Source of the DNA: Nitrospirota bacterium
GTDB taxonomy: Bacteria; Nitrospirota; UBA9217
DNA: 64,000 nt
Assembly: GCA_963840455.1 (NCBI GenBank)
Contig: CAWIYV010000011.1
Location: forward strand, 256,001 to 320,000
Direction of reading: 5' to 3'
The notes under the pieces are model-generated. The model worked only from the letters and a program-made list of their open reading frames with translations. It had not been told where the DNA came from and did not search any database. Positions within the stretch are counted from its first letter, which is position 1. Each line of letters opens with the position of its first letter. This document shows, one piece after another, positions 1 through 12,189 of this stretch. A program made the translations under genes and the position numbers.

Positions 1-280
1 ACACCCCGATGTTGACGAAGCGCCAGATCACTTCGCCCACGACCACGGGAAACAGCGAGAACGGAATGAACAGGATCGCCGCCTGCGGCAGGTAGGTGAA
101 CCCCCCGACACCCAGGTGCTTGTAAATGATCTCCCCCGCGATCCAGCTTAGTGCCCCTTCCCGGTAGGCCGGTACGACCGTCCGGCCGCTCCCGTTGGCG
201 ATGATCGCGGCCGTTACCAACCATAATGCGGCCCAGCCGATCCACGCATTCCTCACCGCCCGTCCATCCTGGAAAGACAA
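1..280 (-). CDS. Membrane glycosyltransferase, GT87/DUF2029-like (N-terminal part; runs off the window edge)
   Basis: Hand translation from TTG at 280 (GGAGG upstream): MSFQDGRAVRNAWIGWAALWLVTAAII...GGFTYLPQAAILFIPFSLFP...; hydrophobic, with a Y-x-P...F-x-P motif typical of GT87. Not in the ORF track. Confidence 0.55.
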   Translation of the reverse strand, partial: MSFQDGRAVRNAWIGWAALWLVTAAIIANGSGRTVVPAYREGALSWIAGEIIYKHLGVGGFTYLPQAAILFIPFSLFPVVVGEVIWRFVNIGV

Positions 281-488
281 CTTTGAACCTCCACTCTCGT
301 CCGGAACTCCGCCAGTCTTCCGGAGCAAGGCCATAAAAAGTTTTTTCCCGTGCAGAGGCCCCGCACGGAACGCAATGCATGGTGTCCGGACGGACGCCCG
401 GTCCACAGACCAAGCCCGACTGTACCAGAGTTATGCATCCCTTTCAAGACAAATCAGGGTAGCAACGTTGACCCTATCGAGGAGGGAT

Positions 489-525
489 AAAAAAAGCGGG
501 CTTCAGGAAAACCTGAAACCCGCTC
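489..525 (-). terminator. Intrinsic terminator of the TPR gene
   Basis: AGCGGGcTTCAGG-aaaa-CCTGAAaCCCGCT hairpin preceded by an A-run on + (U-tract on -). Confidence 0.7.
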
Positions 526-553
526 TTCGTTCCCTGTCCGGCTATTGCGGCTG

Positions 554-1108
554 CTACTTGCCCTTCAGCTTCTGGATCTCCCCGCGGATGTCCGCGGCAT
601 TGGGCGCGTTCGGGGCAAGCTCGAGGTACTTCTCGAACGACTTGATCGCCTCCGCCTTCCGGCCCAGGTCATAGGCGTAGACCACGCCGGCGTTCATCTG
701 GGCCATGGGATGCCTCGGGTCTATCTTGCTTGCCTTCTGGTATTCCTCGATGGCCTTCTGCGGCTGGCCCACCCCGCGGTAGCATGTCCCCATGTCGACG
801 CGTACGTCCACGTTCTTCGGGTCGAGGTCCAGTGCCCGCTGATAGGAGATGATCGCCTCGGCGAACCGCTGAGCGTCCATCTGGGCGTTCCCCAGGGCGA
901 TCCAGGCGTTCGCGTTCCCGGCATTCGCTTTCGCGATTGCCTCGAGCTGTTGGATCTCCGCCGGGTTCTTGACCATGGCTGGCGGGGCCACCACCTGCTT
1001 CTGCCCGGCCTGACCCTGGCTCCATTGCGATTGCTGCTGCTTGCATCCGGCAAATACCGCGGCAATGAGCAAGATAAATACAACAAGAGCGGTCGGTTTC
1101 CTGTTCAT
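554..1108 (-). CDS. TPR-repeat lipoprotein
   Basis: Signal peptide with lipobox FAGC, followed by TPR repeats (AWIALGN..., YQRALDLDP, YQKASKIDP); likely start is MNRKP at 1108. Confidence 0.8.
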   Translation of the reverse strand: MNRKPTALVVFILLIAAVFAGCKQQQSQWSQGQAGQKQVVAPPAMVKNPAEIQQLEAIAKANAGNANAWIALGNAQMDAQRFAEAIISYQRALDLDPKNVDVRVDMGTCYRGVGQPQKAIEEYQKASKIDPRHPMAQMNAGVVYAYDLGRKAEAIKSFEKYLELAPNAPNAADIRGEIQKLKGK

Positions 1109-1181
1109 GTAATGTGCCCTCCGTGGGGGGACGGCCGGTGCCCGGCCATTGGCCATCGGGCCGGCACCCATCCCATTATAG

Positions 1182-1297
1182 TTGGATCCAGGAGCGCTCG
1201 CAAATCCCACGGCCTGCTGCGCAGTTAGCGAGCGATGAGAATAGCGATGCGTCCTTAAGGATCAAAACTCCCTGCAGATCGATGCAGGGATCTTTGA
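1182..1297 (+). mobile_element. Two-hairpin dispersed element, copy A (degenerate)
   Basis: Aligns by eye with 5679-5794 and 13166-13283 (ATCCAGGAGC...TTAGCGAGCGA...AGGATC...CCCTGCAG..TGCAGGGA). Confidence 0.75.
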
Positions 1298-1305
1298 TTC
1301 CGCGG

Positions 1306-1334
1306 TTTATACCATGTTTCGCAGTGTTTGTCAA
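1306..1334 (-). promoter_or_regulatory. sigma70 promoter of the TPR gene
   Basis: TTGACA-17-TATAAA on the minus strand. Confidence 0.7.
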
Positions 1335-1389
1335 TTTCCGCTTCCGCAGCCCGCAGGGCCGCCGGCCTGCCCGATCAGGAAATAATCTG

Positions 1390-1418
1390 TTGACAATAGC
1401 CGTGTTCTCGGGTATAGT
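1390..1418 (+). promoter_or_regulatory. sigma70 promoter of rho
   Basis: TTGACA-17-TATAGT. Confidence 0.75.
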
Positions 1419-1725
1419 CATCGTCAGCATTCACGCATCTTTTCAACTTCTAACCCAACTAACCCCTTTATTACCAAGAACCCAGCGAACCAACCGGTCA
1501 ACAACCCGTGGCAAACGTGGACCAATCTGAAAGGTAATCTACAGCCGTACGTACAGACATAACCAGGCGTTGATGGAACACGAGCCGTGATCCGCTGATG
1601 ACATTCTCTTGCCTTGCCTGAAACCACCAGACCAGGAGCAGAACTCACCGCCGTTTCCGACCCGTACCCCGCCCACACCATGCCCTCTCTGCCCATCTGC
1701 AGACCGCGGCCCAAGGAGTAGAACC

Positions 1726-2973
1726 ATGAACCTCGTAGAGCTCAAAGGAAAAAGCATCGCCGAACTTGCCACCATGGCGGATGAACTGAAGGTCGAAGGC
1801 GCGAGCGGCATGCGCAAACAGGACCTGATCTTTGCGATCCTGAACGCCCAGACCGAGAAGAACGGCATGATTTTCGGCGAAGGCGTCCTCGAGATCCTGC
1901 CCGACGGCTTCGGCTTTCTGCGGGCGCCGGACTACAACTACCTGCCCGGTCCCGACGACATCTATGTCTCCCCCTCCCAGATCAGGCGGTTCAATATCCG
2001 GACCGGCGATACCGTCTCCGGCCAGATCCGGCCGCCCAAGGAAGGGGAGCGCTATTTCGCCCTCCTCAAGGTCGACGCCGTCAACTACGAGGACCCCGAG
2101 ATATCCCGCACCAAGATCCTGTTCGACAACCTCACGCCCTATTATCCGGAAAAGAAGATCAAGCTTGAACATGCACCGACCGACTACACCACGCGCGCTA
2201 TGGATCTGGTCACGCCCATCGGCATGGGCCAGCGCGGCATGATCGTGGCGCCGCCGCGCACCGGCAAGACCATGCTCCTCCAGGCCATCGCCAAGGCCAT
2301 CCTGAAGAACCACAAGGACATCAAGCTCATCGTGCTGCTCATCGACGAGCGGCCGGAGGAAGTGACCGACTGGGCGCGCCAGGTGAACACCGAGATCATC
2401 GCGTCCACCTTCGATGAACCGCCCCAGAGGCACGTGCAGGTCGCCGATATGGTGATCGAGCGGGCCAAGCGGCTCGTGGAGCACAAGAAGGACGTGGTCA
2501 TCCTGCTCGACAGCATCACCCGCCTCGCGCGGGCGCACAACGCAATCATCCCGGCCAGCGGCAAGGTGCTTTCCGGCGGCCTGGACGCCAACGCGCTCCA
2601 GCGGCCCAAGCGGTTCTTCGGTGCGGCCCGGAGCATCGAGACCGGAGGCAGCCTCACCATCCTCGCCACGGCCCTGGTGGACACGGGCAGCCGCATGGAC
2701 GACGTGATCTTCGAGGAATTCAAGGGCACCGGCAACATGGAGCTCCACCTCGACCGGAAACTGGTCGAAAAGCGTGTTTTCCCGGCCATCGACATCAACG
2801 CCTCCGGCACCCGGAAGGAAGAGCTGCTGGTGGACAAGGACGACCTGAACCGCATGTGGGTGCTTCGCAAGGTCCTGAACCCCCTCTCCACGGTGGAGAG
2901 CATGGAGTTCCTGCTGGAGAAGCTTAAACAGAACAAAACGAACCGGGACTTCCTGGATTCCATGAACAAGTAA
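1726..2973 (+). CDS. rho: Transcription termination factor Rho
   Basis: [26 protein letters not shown], Walker [20 protein letters not shown]; RBS AAGGAG before ATG 1726. Confidence 0.98.
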   Translation: MNLVELKGKSIAELATMADELKVEGASGMRKQDLIFAILNAQTEKNGMIFGEGVLEILPDGFGFLRAPDYNYLPGPDDIYVSPSQIRRFNIRTGDTVSGQIRPPKEGERYFALLKVDAVNYEDPEISRTKILFDNLTPYYPEKKIKLEHAPTDYTTRAMDLVTPIGMGQRGMIVAPPRTGKTMLLQAIAKAILKNHKDIKLIVLLIDERPEEVTDWARQVNTEIIASTFDEPPQRHVQVADMVIERAKRLVEHKKDVVILLDSITRLARAHNAIIPASGKVLSGGLDANALQRPKRFFGAARSIETGGSLTILATALVDTGSRMDDVIFEEFKGTGNMELHLDRKLVEKRVFPAIDINASGTRKEELLVDKDDLNRMWVLRKVLNPLSTVESMEFLLEKLKQNKTNRDFLDSMNK

Positions 2974-3229
2974 CAATTCTTCCCCCGGACGATATTGCAA
3001 CCCTGAGATTGGCGAAGCGTTTCAATCGGCTCAAGGTACCTGTCGGGATCCCTTACAGACCTGAGAACGAAAGAGCCTCAAATTTTTCTCTTGTATTTTT
3101 AACAGGTTTGGTATATTATTTCCGCCTTGCTTAATAAAAGCAGGACGAACCGCTGGTGAACGGGGGTAACCCCTGATGAATCAAGACGATCATTCACCTG
3201 AGGCCACATCAGTTTACGGAGGTTGTTCC

Positions 3230-3430
3230 ATGAAAGACGGTATCCACCCCACCTACAAGACTACGACTGTCCATTGCGCCTGCGGCGTGTCGTTCCTCAC
3301 CCGCTCCACCAGGGAGAACGTGAAGCTCGACATCTGCTCGAACTGCCACCCGTTCTTCACGGGAAAGCAGAAGCTCATGGACCTCGAGGGCCGCGTCGAC
3401 AAGTTCCGCAAGAAGTACAAAAAGGCGTAG
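3230..3430 (+). CDS. rpmE: 50S ribosomal protein L31 (Zn-binding type)
   Basis: [29 protein letters not shown]. Confidence 0.97.
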   Translation: MKDGIHPTYKTTTVHCACGVSFLTRSTRENVKLDICSNCHPFFTGKQKLMDLEGRVDKFRKKYKKA

Positions 3431-3479
3431 TCCGGCGCACGTCTCTCCCGCTGATACTTCCCCCCACGAGGTCCCGATC

Positions 3480-4382
3480 TTGTCGGAAAAACTGTCCATA
3501 GGCGGCCAGGCGGTCCTGGAAGGCGTCATGATGCGGTCGCCGCACGCCTTCACCGTGGCCGTGCGCAAGGGCGGCAAGCCCGGTGCGGAAATCGCCCTCC
3601 TGAAGGAGACGATCCTGCCCATCGGAGAACGGTTCCCCCTTCTCAAAAAGGCGGTTCTCCGCGGTTCGGTCGCGCTCTTCGAGGCCATGGTGCTCGGCGT
3701 CCGGGCGCTCAACTTTTCCGCGAATGAAGCAATAGAGAACGAGGAAGGCAAGCAGGAGGAGATCAGCCCCCTTGCCCTGGCCGGCACGATGGTCCTGGCG
3801 CTGGCGTTCGCCCTCGGGCTCTTCCTGGCGCTCCCCCTCCTGCTCACGCAGCTGCTCGGTACGCAGTACAGCGCTTTCAAGGGAAATGTTCTCTTTAACC
3901 TGACCGACGGCGCGATCCGGGTGGGCCTGTTCCTGGGGTACGTGTCCGGCATCTCGTTCATGAAGGATATCCGCCGGGTCTTCGAATACCATGGCGCCGA
4001 GCACAAGGCCATCGGGGCCTACGAAGCCGGGGAGCCGCTCACCGTGGAGAATGCGCGGAAATACACCTGCATCCACCCGCGCTGCGGAACGAGCTTCCTC
4101 ATGGTGGTCATGGTGCTTTCCATCATGCTCTTCTCGATGATCCCGGGTAGCTGGCCCCTCTGGGCCAAGGCTGCCTCGCGGCTCGTCCTGCTTCCGGTCG
4201 TCGCGGGTTTGTCGTACGAGTTCATCAAGTATAGCGCGAAGAAGCGCGGCAACAAGATCATCGAGGCGCTCATCTATCCGGGGCTGCTTCTGCAGCGTCT
4301 CACGACGAGGGAGCCGTCGGACGACCAGCTCGAAGTGGCCATCAGGGCCATGGACGAGGCCCTTGCCATGGAACCCCGCTGA
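3480..4382 (+). CDS. DUF1385 (YqhQ-like) membrane protein
   Basis: IGGQAVLEGVMMR, YHGAEHK, HPRCGTSF, LTTREP; usual rpmE-prfA neighbourhood. Confidence 0.9.
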   Translation: MSEKLSIGGQAVLEGVMMRSPHAFTVAVRKGGKPGAEIALLKETILPIGERFPLLKKAVLRGSVALFEAMVLGVRALNFSANEAIENEEGKQEEISPLALAGTMVLALAFALGLFLALPLLLTQLLGTQYSAFKGNVLFNLTDGAIRVGLFLGYVSGISFMKDIRRVFEYHGAEHKAIGAYEAGEPLTVENARKYTCIHPRCGTSFLMVVMVLSIMLFSMIPGSWPLWAKAASRLVLLPVVAGLSYEFIKYSAKKRGNKIIEALIYPGLLLQRLTTREPSDDQLEVAIRAMDEALAMEPR

Positions 4383-4396
4383 GGCGGGGTTTTTTG
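4372..4396 (+). terminator. Intrinsic terminator
   Basis: AACCCCGC-tgag-GCGGGGTT followed by a T-run. Confidence 0.8.
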
Positions 4397-4415
4397 TTTC
4401 AGAACCATAATCGGG

Positions 4416-4508
4416 AACACGAATGACACGAATGGACGAATATCACGAATAAGACCCTTGAACAGTCGTTATTCGTGCCATTCGGCAGTTATTCGTGTAA
4501 TTCGTGTT
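4416..4508. repeat. Mirrored tandem-repeat hairpin (CACGAAT x4 / ATTCGTG x4)
   Basis: Left arm of ~9-nt-period units; right arm is their reverse complement. Confidence 0.8.
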
Positions 4509-4534
4509 AAACTTTTTTCCTGGATCATTTTATC

Positions 4535-5602
4535 ATGTTCAAGAAATTAGAGGCTGTTGCCGAAAAATACGACGAGCTGACCAGGCTTTTGGCCGATCCC
4601 TCTGTCGCCTCCGACCACCAGAAGTACCAGAAATATTCGAAAGAGCGGTCGGAGATCGAAGAGGTGGTCCAGCACTACCGCGCCTACAACGATCTCCTCC
4701 GCCAGCTCAAGGAGGCCGAGGAGATCAGCCAGGACAAGTCCGCTGACCCCGAGATGCGCCAGATGGCCGAGCTGGAGCTGAAGGAGCTCGGACCGAAGAG
4801 CCAGCAGATGGAGCAGGGCCTCCGGCTCATGCTCGTGCCCAGGGACCCGCGGGATGAGAAGAACATCTTCCTCGAGATCCGCGCCGGCGCCGGCGGCGAC
4901 GAGGCGGGCCTCTTCGCGGCCGAGCTCTTCCGCATGTACTCGCGGTATGCCGAAAAGAAGCGTTGGAAGCTGACGCTCCTCGATATGAGCACCACCGGCG
5001 TCGGCGGGGCCAAGGAGGTCATCGCCCAGATCCAGGGCAAGGGCGTGTTCAGCAGGCTCAAGTATGAGAGCGGCGTGCACCGCGTCCAACGCGTCCCTTC
5101 CACGGAGTCAAGCGGCAGGATCCACACCTCCACCGTGACCGTTGCCGTGATCCCCGAGGCAGAGGACGTGGACGTCCAGATCGAGCAGAAGGACCTCCGG
5201 ATCGACACCTACTGCTCGTCAGGCCCCGGCGGACAGAGCGTGAACACCACCTACTCCGCCGTGCGCATCACCCACATCCCGACCGGCGAAGTGGTCGCCT
5301 GCCAGGACGAGCGGTCCCAGCTCAAGAACCGCGAGAAGGCCATGAAAATCCTCCGCTCGCGGCTGCTGGAGAAGGAGCGGGAGCGGCAAGATGCCGAAGC
5401 CGCCAAGGACCGCAAGGCCCAGGTGGGCACCGGAGACCGGAGCGAGAAGATCCGGACCTATAACTTCCCCCAGAGCCGGGTCACGGACCACCGCGTCGGC
5501 ATCTCACTGTACAAGATCGACGCGGTCATGGACGGCGACATCGATGAGTTCATCGACGCCCTGACCGCGCACGATAACGCGGAAAGGCTTAAAAATCTGT
5601 AA
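4535..5602 (+). CDS. prfA: Peptide chain release factor 1
   Basis: GGQ motif ([10 protein letters not shown]), PST (PxT) motif in VQRVPSTE, upstream of prmC. Confidence 0.97.
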   Translation: MFKKLEAVAEKYDELTRLLADPSVASDHQKYQKYSKERSEIEEVVQHYRAYNDLLRQLKEAEEISQDKSADPEMRQMAELELKELGPKSQQMEQGLRLMLVPRDPRDEKNIFLEIRAGAGGDEAGLFAAELFRMYSRYAEKKRWKLTLLDMSTTGVGGAKEVIAQIQGKGVFSRLKYESGVHRVQRVPSTESSGRIHTSTVTVAVIPEAEDVDVQIEQKDLRIDTYCSSGPGGQSVNTTYSAVRITHIPTGEVVACQDERSQLKNREKAMKILRSRLLEKERERQDAEAAKDRKAQVGTGDRSEKIRTYNFPQSRVTDHRVGISLYKIDAVMDGDIDEFIDALTAHDNAERLKNL

Positions 5603-5606
5603 GATC

Positions 5607-5680
5607 ATTTCGGATTGCTGAATGCGGATTTCGGCGCACGGGTCTTCAATCTACAATTCGCTATTCGAAATCCGCAATTA
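5607..5680. repeat. Mirrored heptamer-repeat hairpin (ATTTCGG/ATGCGG vs AATCCGC/ATTCG)
   Basis: 7-nt periodic arms in inverted orientation. Confidence 0.65.
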
Positions 5681-5839
5681 GAATCCAGGAGCGGAGCGCA
5701 TTCCCCGTAGCTTGCTGCGGGGTTAGCGAGCGATTAGAATAACAATATTCCTTGAGGATCGAAGCTCTATGCCTCTTGCAGTAGGGAGCTTAAATCCAGG
5801 AGCGAGCGCATTCCCCGTAGCTTGCTGCGGGAGCTTCAA
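5679..5839 (+). mobile_element. Two-hairpin element copy B followed in tandem by a short one-hairpin copy B'
   Basis: AATCCAGGAGC(G)GAGCGCATTCCCCGTAGCTTGCTGCGGG occurs twice (about 5682 and 5793); ends in GGGAGCTTCAA. Confidence 0.85.
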
Positions 5840-5843
5840 TACC

Positions 5844-6704
5844 GTGACCATCGCTGAAGCGATACAGAAAGCAGCAGCGCGGCTGTCAGCACACAAGGTA
5901 CCGAACGCGCGCCTTGATGCAGAGGTGCTCTTCTGCCACGCCGTGGGCAGAGACCGCGCCTGGCTCCTCGTCCATATGCAGGACACGCTCGACGACCAGG
6001 GCCTGCGCATCTTCGAGCAGAGCATCGACCGGCGGTCCGTGCGTGAGCCGCTTCAGTATATTACCGGTGCCCAGGAGTTCTGGGGTCTGCCCTTCAAAGT
6101 GACTCCCGCCGTGCTCATCCCGCGTCCCGAGACCGAGTTCGTCGTCGAAGCGGCGCTGAAGGCCGTCAGCGGCATCCCGGCGCCGGTCATCATCGACCTC
6201 GGCACCGGTTCGGGGTGCATCGCGGTAAGCCTCGCGAGCGGTCTCCAGCAAGCGCAGGTCTTCGCCGTTGACCGGTCGGAGAAAGCACTGGAGATTGCCC
6301 GGCAGAACGCGCAGCGAAACGGCGTTGCAGACCGGGTCCGCTTCCTCGAGGGAGACCTGTTCGGTCCCTTCGAGGAACTGGACCTGCGCGGTCGGGTCGA
6401 TGTGATCGCAACGAACCCGCCGTATGTGAAAACCGGCGACCTGACAGGCCTCCAGCCTGAGGTGAAGGATTTCGAACCCGAGATGGCGCTCATCGCGGGA
6501 CCGGAAGGGACCGAGTCAGCGGAGAAGATAATCCTGCAGGCGCCGGATTACCTGAAGGAGCGCTGCCCGCTCATCATGGAGATAGGGGTCGGACAGACGG
6601 AAGCACTCAAAAAGATCATCCAGGGAACCGGCCGGTACAGGTCGATCGAGGTCCTGAAGGATCTGGCGGGAATCGAGAGAGTGATCGTAGCCGAAAAGAA
6701 GTAG
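5844..6704 (+). CDS. prmC: Release factor glutamine methyltransferase
   Basis: VLIPRPETE, DLGTGSGCIA, NPPY; GTG start at 5844 (the ORF-track extension lies inside the repeat). Confidence 0.95.
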   Translation: MTIAEAIQKAAARLSAHKVPNARLDAEVLFCHAVGRDRAWLLVHMQDTLDDQGLRIFEQSIDRRSVREPLQYITGAQEFWGLPFKVTPAVLIPRPETEFVVEAALKAVSGIPAPVIIDLGTGSGCIAVSLASGLQQAQVFAVDRSEKALEIARQNAQRNGVADRVRFLEGDLFGPFEELDLRGRVDVIATNPPYVKTGDLTGLQPEVKDFEPEMALIAGPEGTESAEKIILQAPDYLKERCPLIMEIGVGQTEALKKIIQGTGRYRSIEVLKDLAGIERVIVAEKK

Positions 6705-6753
6705 AACGTGCCTGCAGGCTGGCATGCCTGCAGGCTGACAAGCTGACACTACC

Positions 6754-8001
<1,248 letters not shown>

Positions 8002-8226
8002 CATGGGGACACGGTGACTGGGAGACACGGGAAAAAGACAGGATCTTTGACACTGATTTACACTGAGAACGGCCTATGAAGAAACATGATAAGTCGTTTG
8101 CAGTATCATGACCTTTCATATTTCAAATCTGCCGTTATCCGTGTCAAAGGTTCTTTTTGCGTACTTGGCTTGCCGTATCCGTTTTCATCCGTGTTCATCT
8201 GTGATTAAAAGATAACTGAGGCCGTT

Positions 8227-9519
8227 ATGAAAATTCTTGATTCAAAACAAAAAGACATCGTCGCCGAGCTGAAGCGCCTCATCGACCGCGGCGAGACAGC
8301 CACCGAAGAGGTCGCCGCAACGGTCAAGGAGGTCGTGGAACGGGTCCGCAAGGAAGGCGATCCAGCGGTCCTGGCCTATACCGAGAAGTTCGACCGCGTA
8401 AAGCTGACCCTCAAGGACATCCGGGTGACGCCGGATGAGGTGAAGGACGCATACTCCCGCGTGGACCCGAAAAAGGTGGACGCCCTGAAGCTCGCGGCAC
8501 GGAACATCCGCTCCTTCCATGAGAAGCAGAAGGTCTCCTCCTGGGTGAGCCAGGAGGCCGACGGTGTGATCCTCGGCCAGCTCGCGCGGCCCATCCGGAG
8601 CGCCGGGGTGTATGTTCCGGGCGGCAAGGCCTGCTATCCCTCGTCGGTGCTGATGAACGTGATCCCCGCCAAAGTCGCGGGCGTCGAGCAGCTTGTCATG
8701 TGCTCGCCCGTGCCGGGCGGCGTGCTGAACCCCTACATCCTCGTGGCCGCGGACATCGCGGGCGTATCGGAGATCTACAAGATCGGCGGCGCCCAGGCGA
8801 TCGCGGCCCTGGCCTACGGCACGGCCACGGTCCCCAAGGTGGACAAGATCGTGGGTCCCGGCAACATCTATGTCGCCACGGCGAAGCGCTACGTCTTCGG
8901 CCAGGTGGACATCGACATGATCGCAGGACCGAGCGAGGTCCTGGTCATCGCCGACGATTCAGCGGACCCGTCCTTCGTGGCTGCCGACCTCCTGTCGCAG
9001 GCCGAGCATGACGAACTGGCCTCGGCCATTCTCGTCACCACCTCGCGCGCACTCGCTGAGAGGGTTGATGCGGAAATGGGGCACCAGATGGCGACCCTCA
9101 TCCGGAAAGAGATAGCCCGCAAGGCCATCGACCGCTTCGGCGCCATCGTGATCGTTGAGACGCTGCAGGAGGCGGCAGAGGTGTCGAACGCCATCGCGCC
9201 CGAGCACCTCGAGCTCTCGGTGGAGAAGCCCTTCGAGCTCCTGGCGCTGATCAGGAACGCCGGCGCCATCTTCCTGGGCCATTTTACGCCCGAGTCCGTG
9301 GGCGACTACGTCGCCGGACCGAACCATGTGCTGCCTACGGGCGGCACAGCGCGGTTCTTCTCGCCCCTTTCGACGGACAGCTTCATGAAGAAATCGAGCC
9401 TCATCTTCTACACGAAAGAGGGCCTCGACAAGGTCGGCGAGGCGGTTATGCAGATCGCCGACGTGGAAGGGCTCGAAGCGCATGGGAACACTATCCGGGT
9501 GAGAATGGCGAAGAAGTAA
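8227..9519 (+). CDS. hisD: Histidinol dehydrogenase
   Basis: [44 protein letters not shown]. Confidence 0.98.
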   Translation: MKILDSKQKDIVAELKRLIDRGETATEEVAATVKEVVERVRKEGDPAVLAYTEKFDRVKLTLKDIRVTPDEVKDAYSRVDPKKVDALKLAARNIRSFHEKQKVSSWVSQEADGVILGQLARPIRSAGVYVPGGKACYPSSVLMNVIPAKVAGVEQLVMCSPVPGGVLNPYILVAADIAGVSEIYKIGGAQAIAALAYGTATVPKVDKIVGPGNIYVATAKRYVFGQVDIDMIAGPSEVLVIADDSADPSFVAADLLSQAEHDELASAILVTTSRALAERVDAEMGHQMATLIRKEIARKAIDRFGAIVIVETLQEAAEVSNAIAPEHLELSVEKPFELLALIRNAGAIFLGHFTPESVGDYVAGPNHVLPTGGTARFFSPLSTDSFMKKSSLIFYTKEGLDKVGEAVMQIADVEGLEAHGNTIRVRMAKK

Positions 9520-9530
9520 CAGAATCCTGA

Positions 9531-9615
9531 GCGGTCAGGAGTCAGAAGTCAGGGGTCAGGAGAAGGGTGATGATCACCATTCTTCCGGCTTCCAGCTCCT
9601 GGCTCTTGGCTCCTC
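9531..9615. repeat. Mirrored heptamer-repeat hairpin (GTCAGRR x4 / TYCTGGC x4)
   Basis: gtcagga gtcagaa gtcaggg gtcagga ... ttccggc ttccagc tcctggc tcttggc. Confidence 0.75.
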
Positions 9616-9634
9616 GTTTACCAAGGAGCATACA

Positions 9635-10555
9635 ATGCCGACAAAAACAAAGAAGAAGCCATCACCGCCTGCTGCCCCCGCCGGCCAGAAGCTCAAGCTC
9701 GGCCTTCCCAAGGGCAGCCTTCAGGAATCGACCTTCAAGCTCTTCGGCAAGGCCGGCTACCGCGTTCAGGTGAGCTCGCGGAGCTACTACCCAAGCATCG
9801 ACGACCCGGACATCGAATGCATCATGGTCCGCGCCCAGGAGATGGCGAGATACGTGGACAACGGCATCTTCGACGTGGGTCTGACCGGCAAGGACTGGAT
9901 CCTGGAACAGAACGCCGACGTCGTCGAGATCGCTGAGCTTCGCTATGCCAAGGGCGGGCTCAATCCCGTCCGCTGGGTCGTTGCCGTGCCTGAGGACTCT
10001 CCCATCAAGACGGTGAAGGACCTGATGGGCAAACGCGTCGCCACCGAGCTCGTGGGCTACACCAAGCGGTATCTGAAGTCGAAAGGAGTCACCGCGGACA
10101 TTGAATTCTCCTGGGGCGCCACGGAAGTGAAGCCGCCGAAGCTCGCTGACGCCATCGTGGAGCTGACCGAGACAGGCAGCTCGCTCAAGGCCAACAAGCT
10201 CCGCATCGTCGAGACCATGCTCGAATCCACCACGCGGCTCATCGCGAACAAGAAGGCCTGGCAGGACCCGTGGAAGCGGAAGAAGATCGAGAACATGGCC
10301 ATGCTGCTCCAGGGCGCCCTCGCCGCCGAGGAGAAGGTTGGCCTCAAGATGAATGTCCCGAAAAAGGCACTGGCGGAGATCACGAGCATCCTCCCGGCCA
10401 TGCACTCGCCCACGATCTCTCAGCAGACCGATCCGGCGTGGGTGAGCCTGGAGGTCATGCTCGACGAGAAGCAGGCCCGGAACCTCATCCCCCGGCTCAA
10501 GCGACGGGGAGCCTCGGGGATCATCGAGTATCCGCTCAACAAAGTGATCCCCTAA
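9635..10555 (+). CDS. hisG: ATP phosphoribosyltransferase (long form)
   Basis: [36 protein letters not shown]-terminal regulatory domain. Confidence 0.96.
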   Translation: MPTKTKKKPSPPAAPAGQKLKLGLPKGSLQESTFKLFGKAGYRVQVSSRSYYPSIDDPDIECIMVRAQEMARYVDNGIFDVGLTGKDWILEQNADVVEIAELRYAKGGLNPVRWVVAVPEDSPIKTVKDLMGKRVATELVGYTKRYLKSKGVTADIEFSWGATEVKPPKLADAIVELTETGSSLKANKLRIVETMLESTTRLIANKKAWQDPWKRKKIENMAMLLQGALAAEEKVGLKMNVPKKALAEITSILPAMHSPTISQQTDPAWVSLEVMLDEKQARNLIPRLKRRGASGIIEYPLNKVIP

Positions 10556-10560
10556 AACCT

Positions 10561-10590
10561 GCGGGCGGCCGATCTGGCCGCCCGTTGCAT
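10561..10590. repeat. REP-like palindrome / possible bidirectional terminator
   Basis: GGGCGGCC-gatct-GGCCGCCC; near-identical inverted copy at 21963-21983. Confidence 0.6.
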
Positions 10591-10627
10591 GTCTGACCCG
10601 CAGTTCGCCCTCCCGATGGGCCGCCCG

Positions 10628-11086
10628 TCACGAACGGCCGCCGGATGAGACTGAAGGTCTCAGGGGCATCATGTCGCCTTTCAGATGCAGCTCGGGGCGA
10701 TGGCGACGGGAAAGGGCCGCATCCTCCAGCGCCGCGTTTATAATGCGCCTCAGGACAGGGTGACTGACCGGCCGGGCAACGAATTCATAAGCACCGGCAT
10801 TGATCGCCTTCAAATAGGCTTCCACAGAGTGACGCCCGCTGATCATGATGACCGGAAGCTCCGGAACGAGCTTCCTCATGGAGACAATAAGCTCCCTGCC
10901 ATCCATGTCCGCAAGCCGGTCATCGATCACTGCAATGTCGATCCAGATGCCTTCCTGCAAGGCGGCGATCGCGGACCTGCCAGTCCTTCGTTCGATGGCA
11001 GCCGGGAAACCGCCTTTCCCCGCAAAGGCATGGGCAACGATCTTCGCCACGTACCCTTCACTATCGACAACAAGCATCACGCCCAT
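10628..11086 (-). CDS. Single-domain response regulator (atypical receiver)
   Basis: CheY-like pattern (LVVD, IAVID, VIMISG, AGAYEF); the conserved KP is replaced by RP. Confidence 0.75.
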   Translation of the reverse strand: MGVMLVVDSEGYVAKIVAHAFAGKGGFPAAIERRTGRSAIAALQEGIWIDIAVIDDRLADMDGRELIVSMRKLVPELPVIMISGRHSVEAYLKAINAGAYEFVARPVSHPVLRRIINAALEDAALSRRHRPELHLKGDMMPLRPSVSSGGRS

Positions 11087-11130
11087 CTCTCCTCCCTGGC
11101 CTTCGTAATTCCCTGCCCGCCGGGCCTCCG

Positions 11131-12144
11131 CTATAGCGTCGTCTGAAGATCAAGATGGTCCTGTTTCATCATCTGCCGGAGCTTAGCGAGCCCCGAAGAC
11201 TCGATCTGCCGGACGCGTTCCCGCGTGACCCCGGACATCCGGCCGATATGGTCCAGGGTCTTCGGATCGTCGCCGCGAAGCCCGAACCGCAGTTCCAGCA
11301 CTTTCTGCTCGGTCTCATTCAATCCGCGCAGCCATTCATCAACAAGCTCGCGCCTGCCGGATTCGTGCGTTGCGACGGCCGGGGACACGGCATTCCCGTC
11401 CGCGAGAAGCCCCCCGAACGTTTCCCCATCCCCGTCCCCGATGAGCAGGTCCAGCGAATAGGTCCCCTGAACAACCTGCGACAGCCGTCGCACCCTGTCG
11501 ACCGTCACCCTCATGGACCGGGCGATCTCTTCAGGCATCGGCTCGCGCGCGAGCTTCATCGCGAGACGCTGCACGACCCGATTGTACTGTCCCAGGCGTT
11601 CCGCGACATGGACCGGCAGCCGGATGGTCCTTGACTGATTCACGATGGCCCTGGCAATGGCTTGACGGATCCACCAGATCGCATACGTGCTGAACTTGAA
11701 CCCGCGGCGGTACTGAAACTTCTCGACAGCGCGGATCAGTCCGAGATTGCCCTCTTCGATAATGTCCGCGAATAAAAGTCCCCGATTGATGTAACGTTTC
11801 CCGATGGCAACGACGAGCCGCAGGTTCGATTCGATCATCTTCGTCCGGGCCGCCTCATCACCCTGCTCGATCCGCTCCCCCAGCTCCTGCTCCTCCTCCC
11901 GCGACAGCAGCGGATACGTCCTGATCTCCTTGAGATAGAGCTTGATGGCTTCCAGATCGTCGTAGCCGCGCTCCCGTTGTTCGCCCCGCGCGTCGCCGTC
12001 CTCGCCGGCACCCTGCTCGACGGCCGGTCTTTCATGGTCTTCGTCATAGTCGTCCTGTTGATCGTCATCGACGTCATCAGCGGCCATTGCGGGATCCGGC
12101 CACTGATAGACAGATTCCTCCTCAAGTAGCATGGTTGTCTTCAT
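11131..12144 (-). CDS. Group 2 / RpoS-like sigma70 factor
   Basis: Region 1.2 [12 protein letters not shown], region 2 [32 protein letters not shown], region 4 TRERVRQIE; no region 1.1, acidic N-terminus. Confidence 0.9.
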   Translation of the reverse strand: MKTTMLLEEESVYQWPDPAMAADDVDDDQQDDYDEDHERPAVEQGAGEDGDARGEQRERGYDDLEAIKLYLKEIRTYPLLSREEEQELGERIEQGDEAARTKMIESNLRLVVAIGKRYINRGLLFADIIEEGNLGLIRAVEKFQYRRGFKFSTYAIWWIRQAIARAIVNQSRTIRLPVHVAERLGQYNRVVQRLAMKLAREPMPEEIARSMRVTVDRVRRLSQVVQGTYSLDLLIGDGDGETFGGLLADGNAVSPAVATHESGRRELVDEWLRGLNETEQKVLELRFGLRGDDPKTLDHIGRMSGVTRERVRQIESSGLAKLRQMMKQDHLDLQTTL

Positions 12145-12189
12145 GCTGTTCTCCTCTCACGATCTCCCTGTCCGGTACATCTCCACGCT

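Noticed and set aside
3000-3082. Hairpin-rich stretch after rho as a TPP or glycine riboswitch
   Set aside because: Only a CTGAGA fragment matches, and it lies upstream of the rpmE promoter, so it is more likely a 3' UTR structure.
3172-3200. CTGATGA followed by a short stem, resembling a hammerhead ribozyme core
   Set aside because: The required GAAA after stem II is absent.
4416-4508. CRISPR array in the short tandem repeats (also 5679-5839 and 25543-25772)
   Set aside because: Units are 7-10 nt or occur only twice, there are no unique ~30-nt spacers, and no cas genes are present.
5769-5843. N-terminal extension of PrmC; similar extensions of rho, iscS, mec, HAD, MCP and the 55951 ORF
   Set aside because: They run through repeats or upstream genes; downstream starts with family-typical N-termini fit better.
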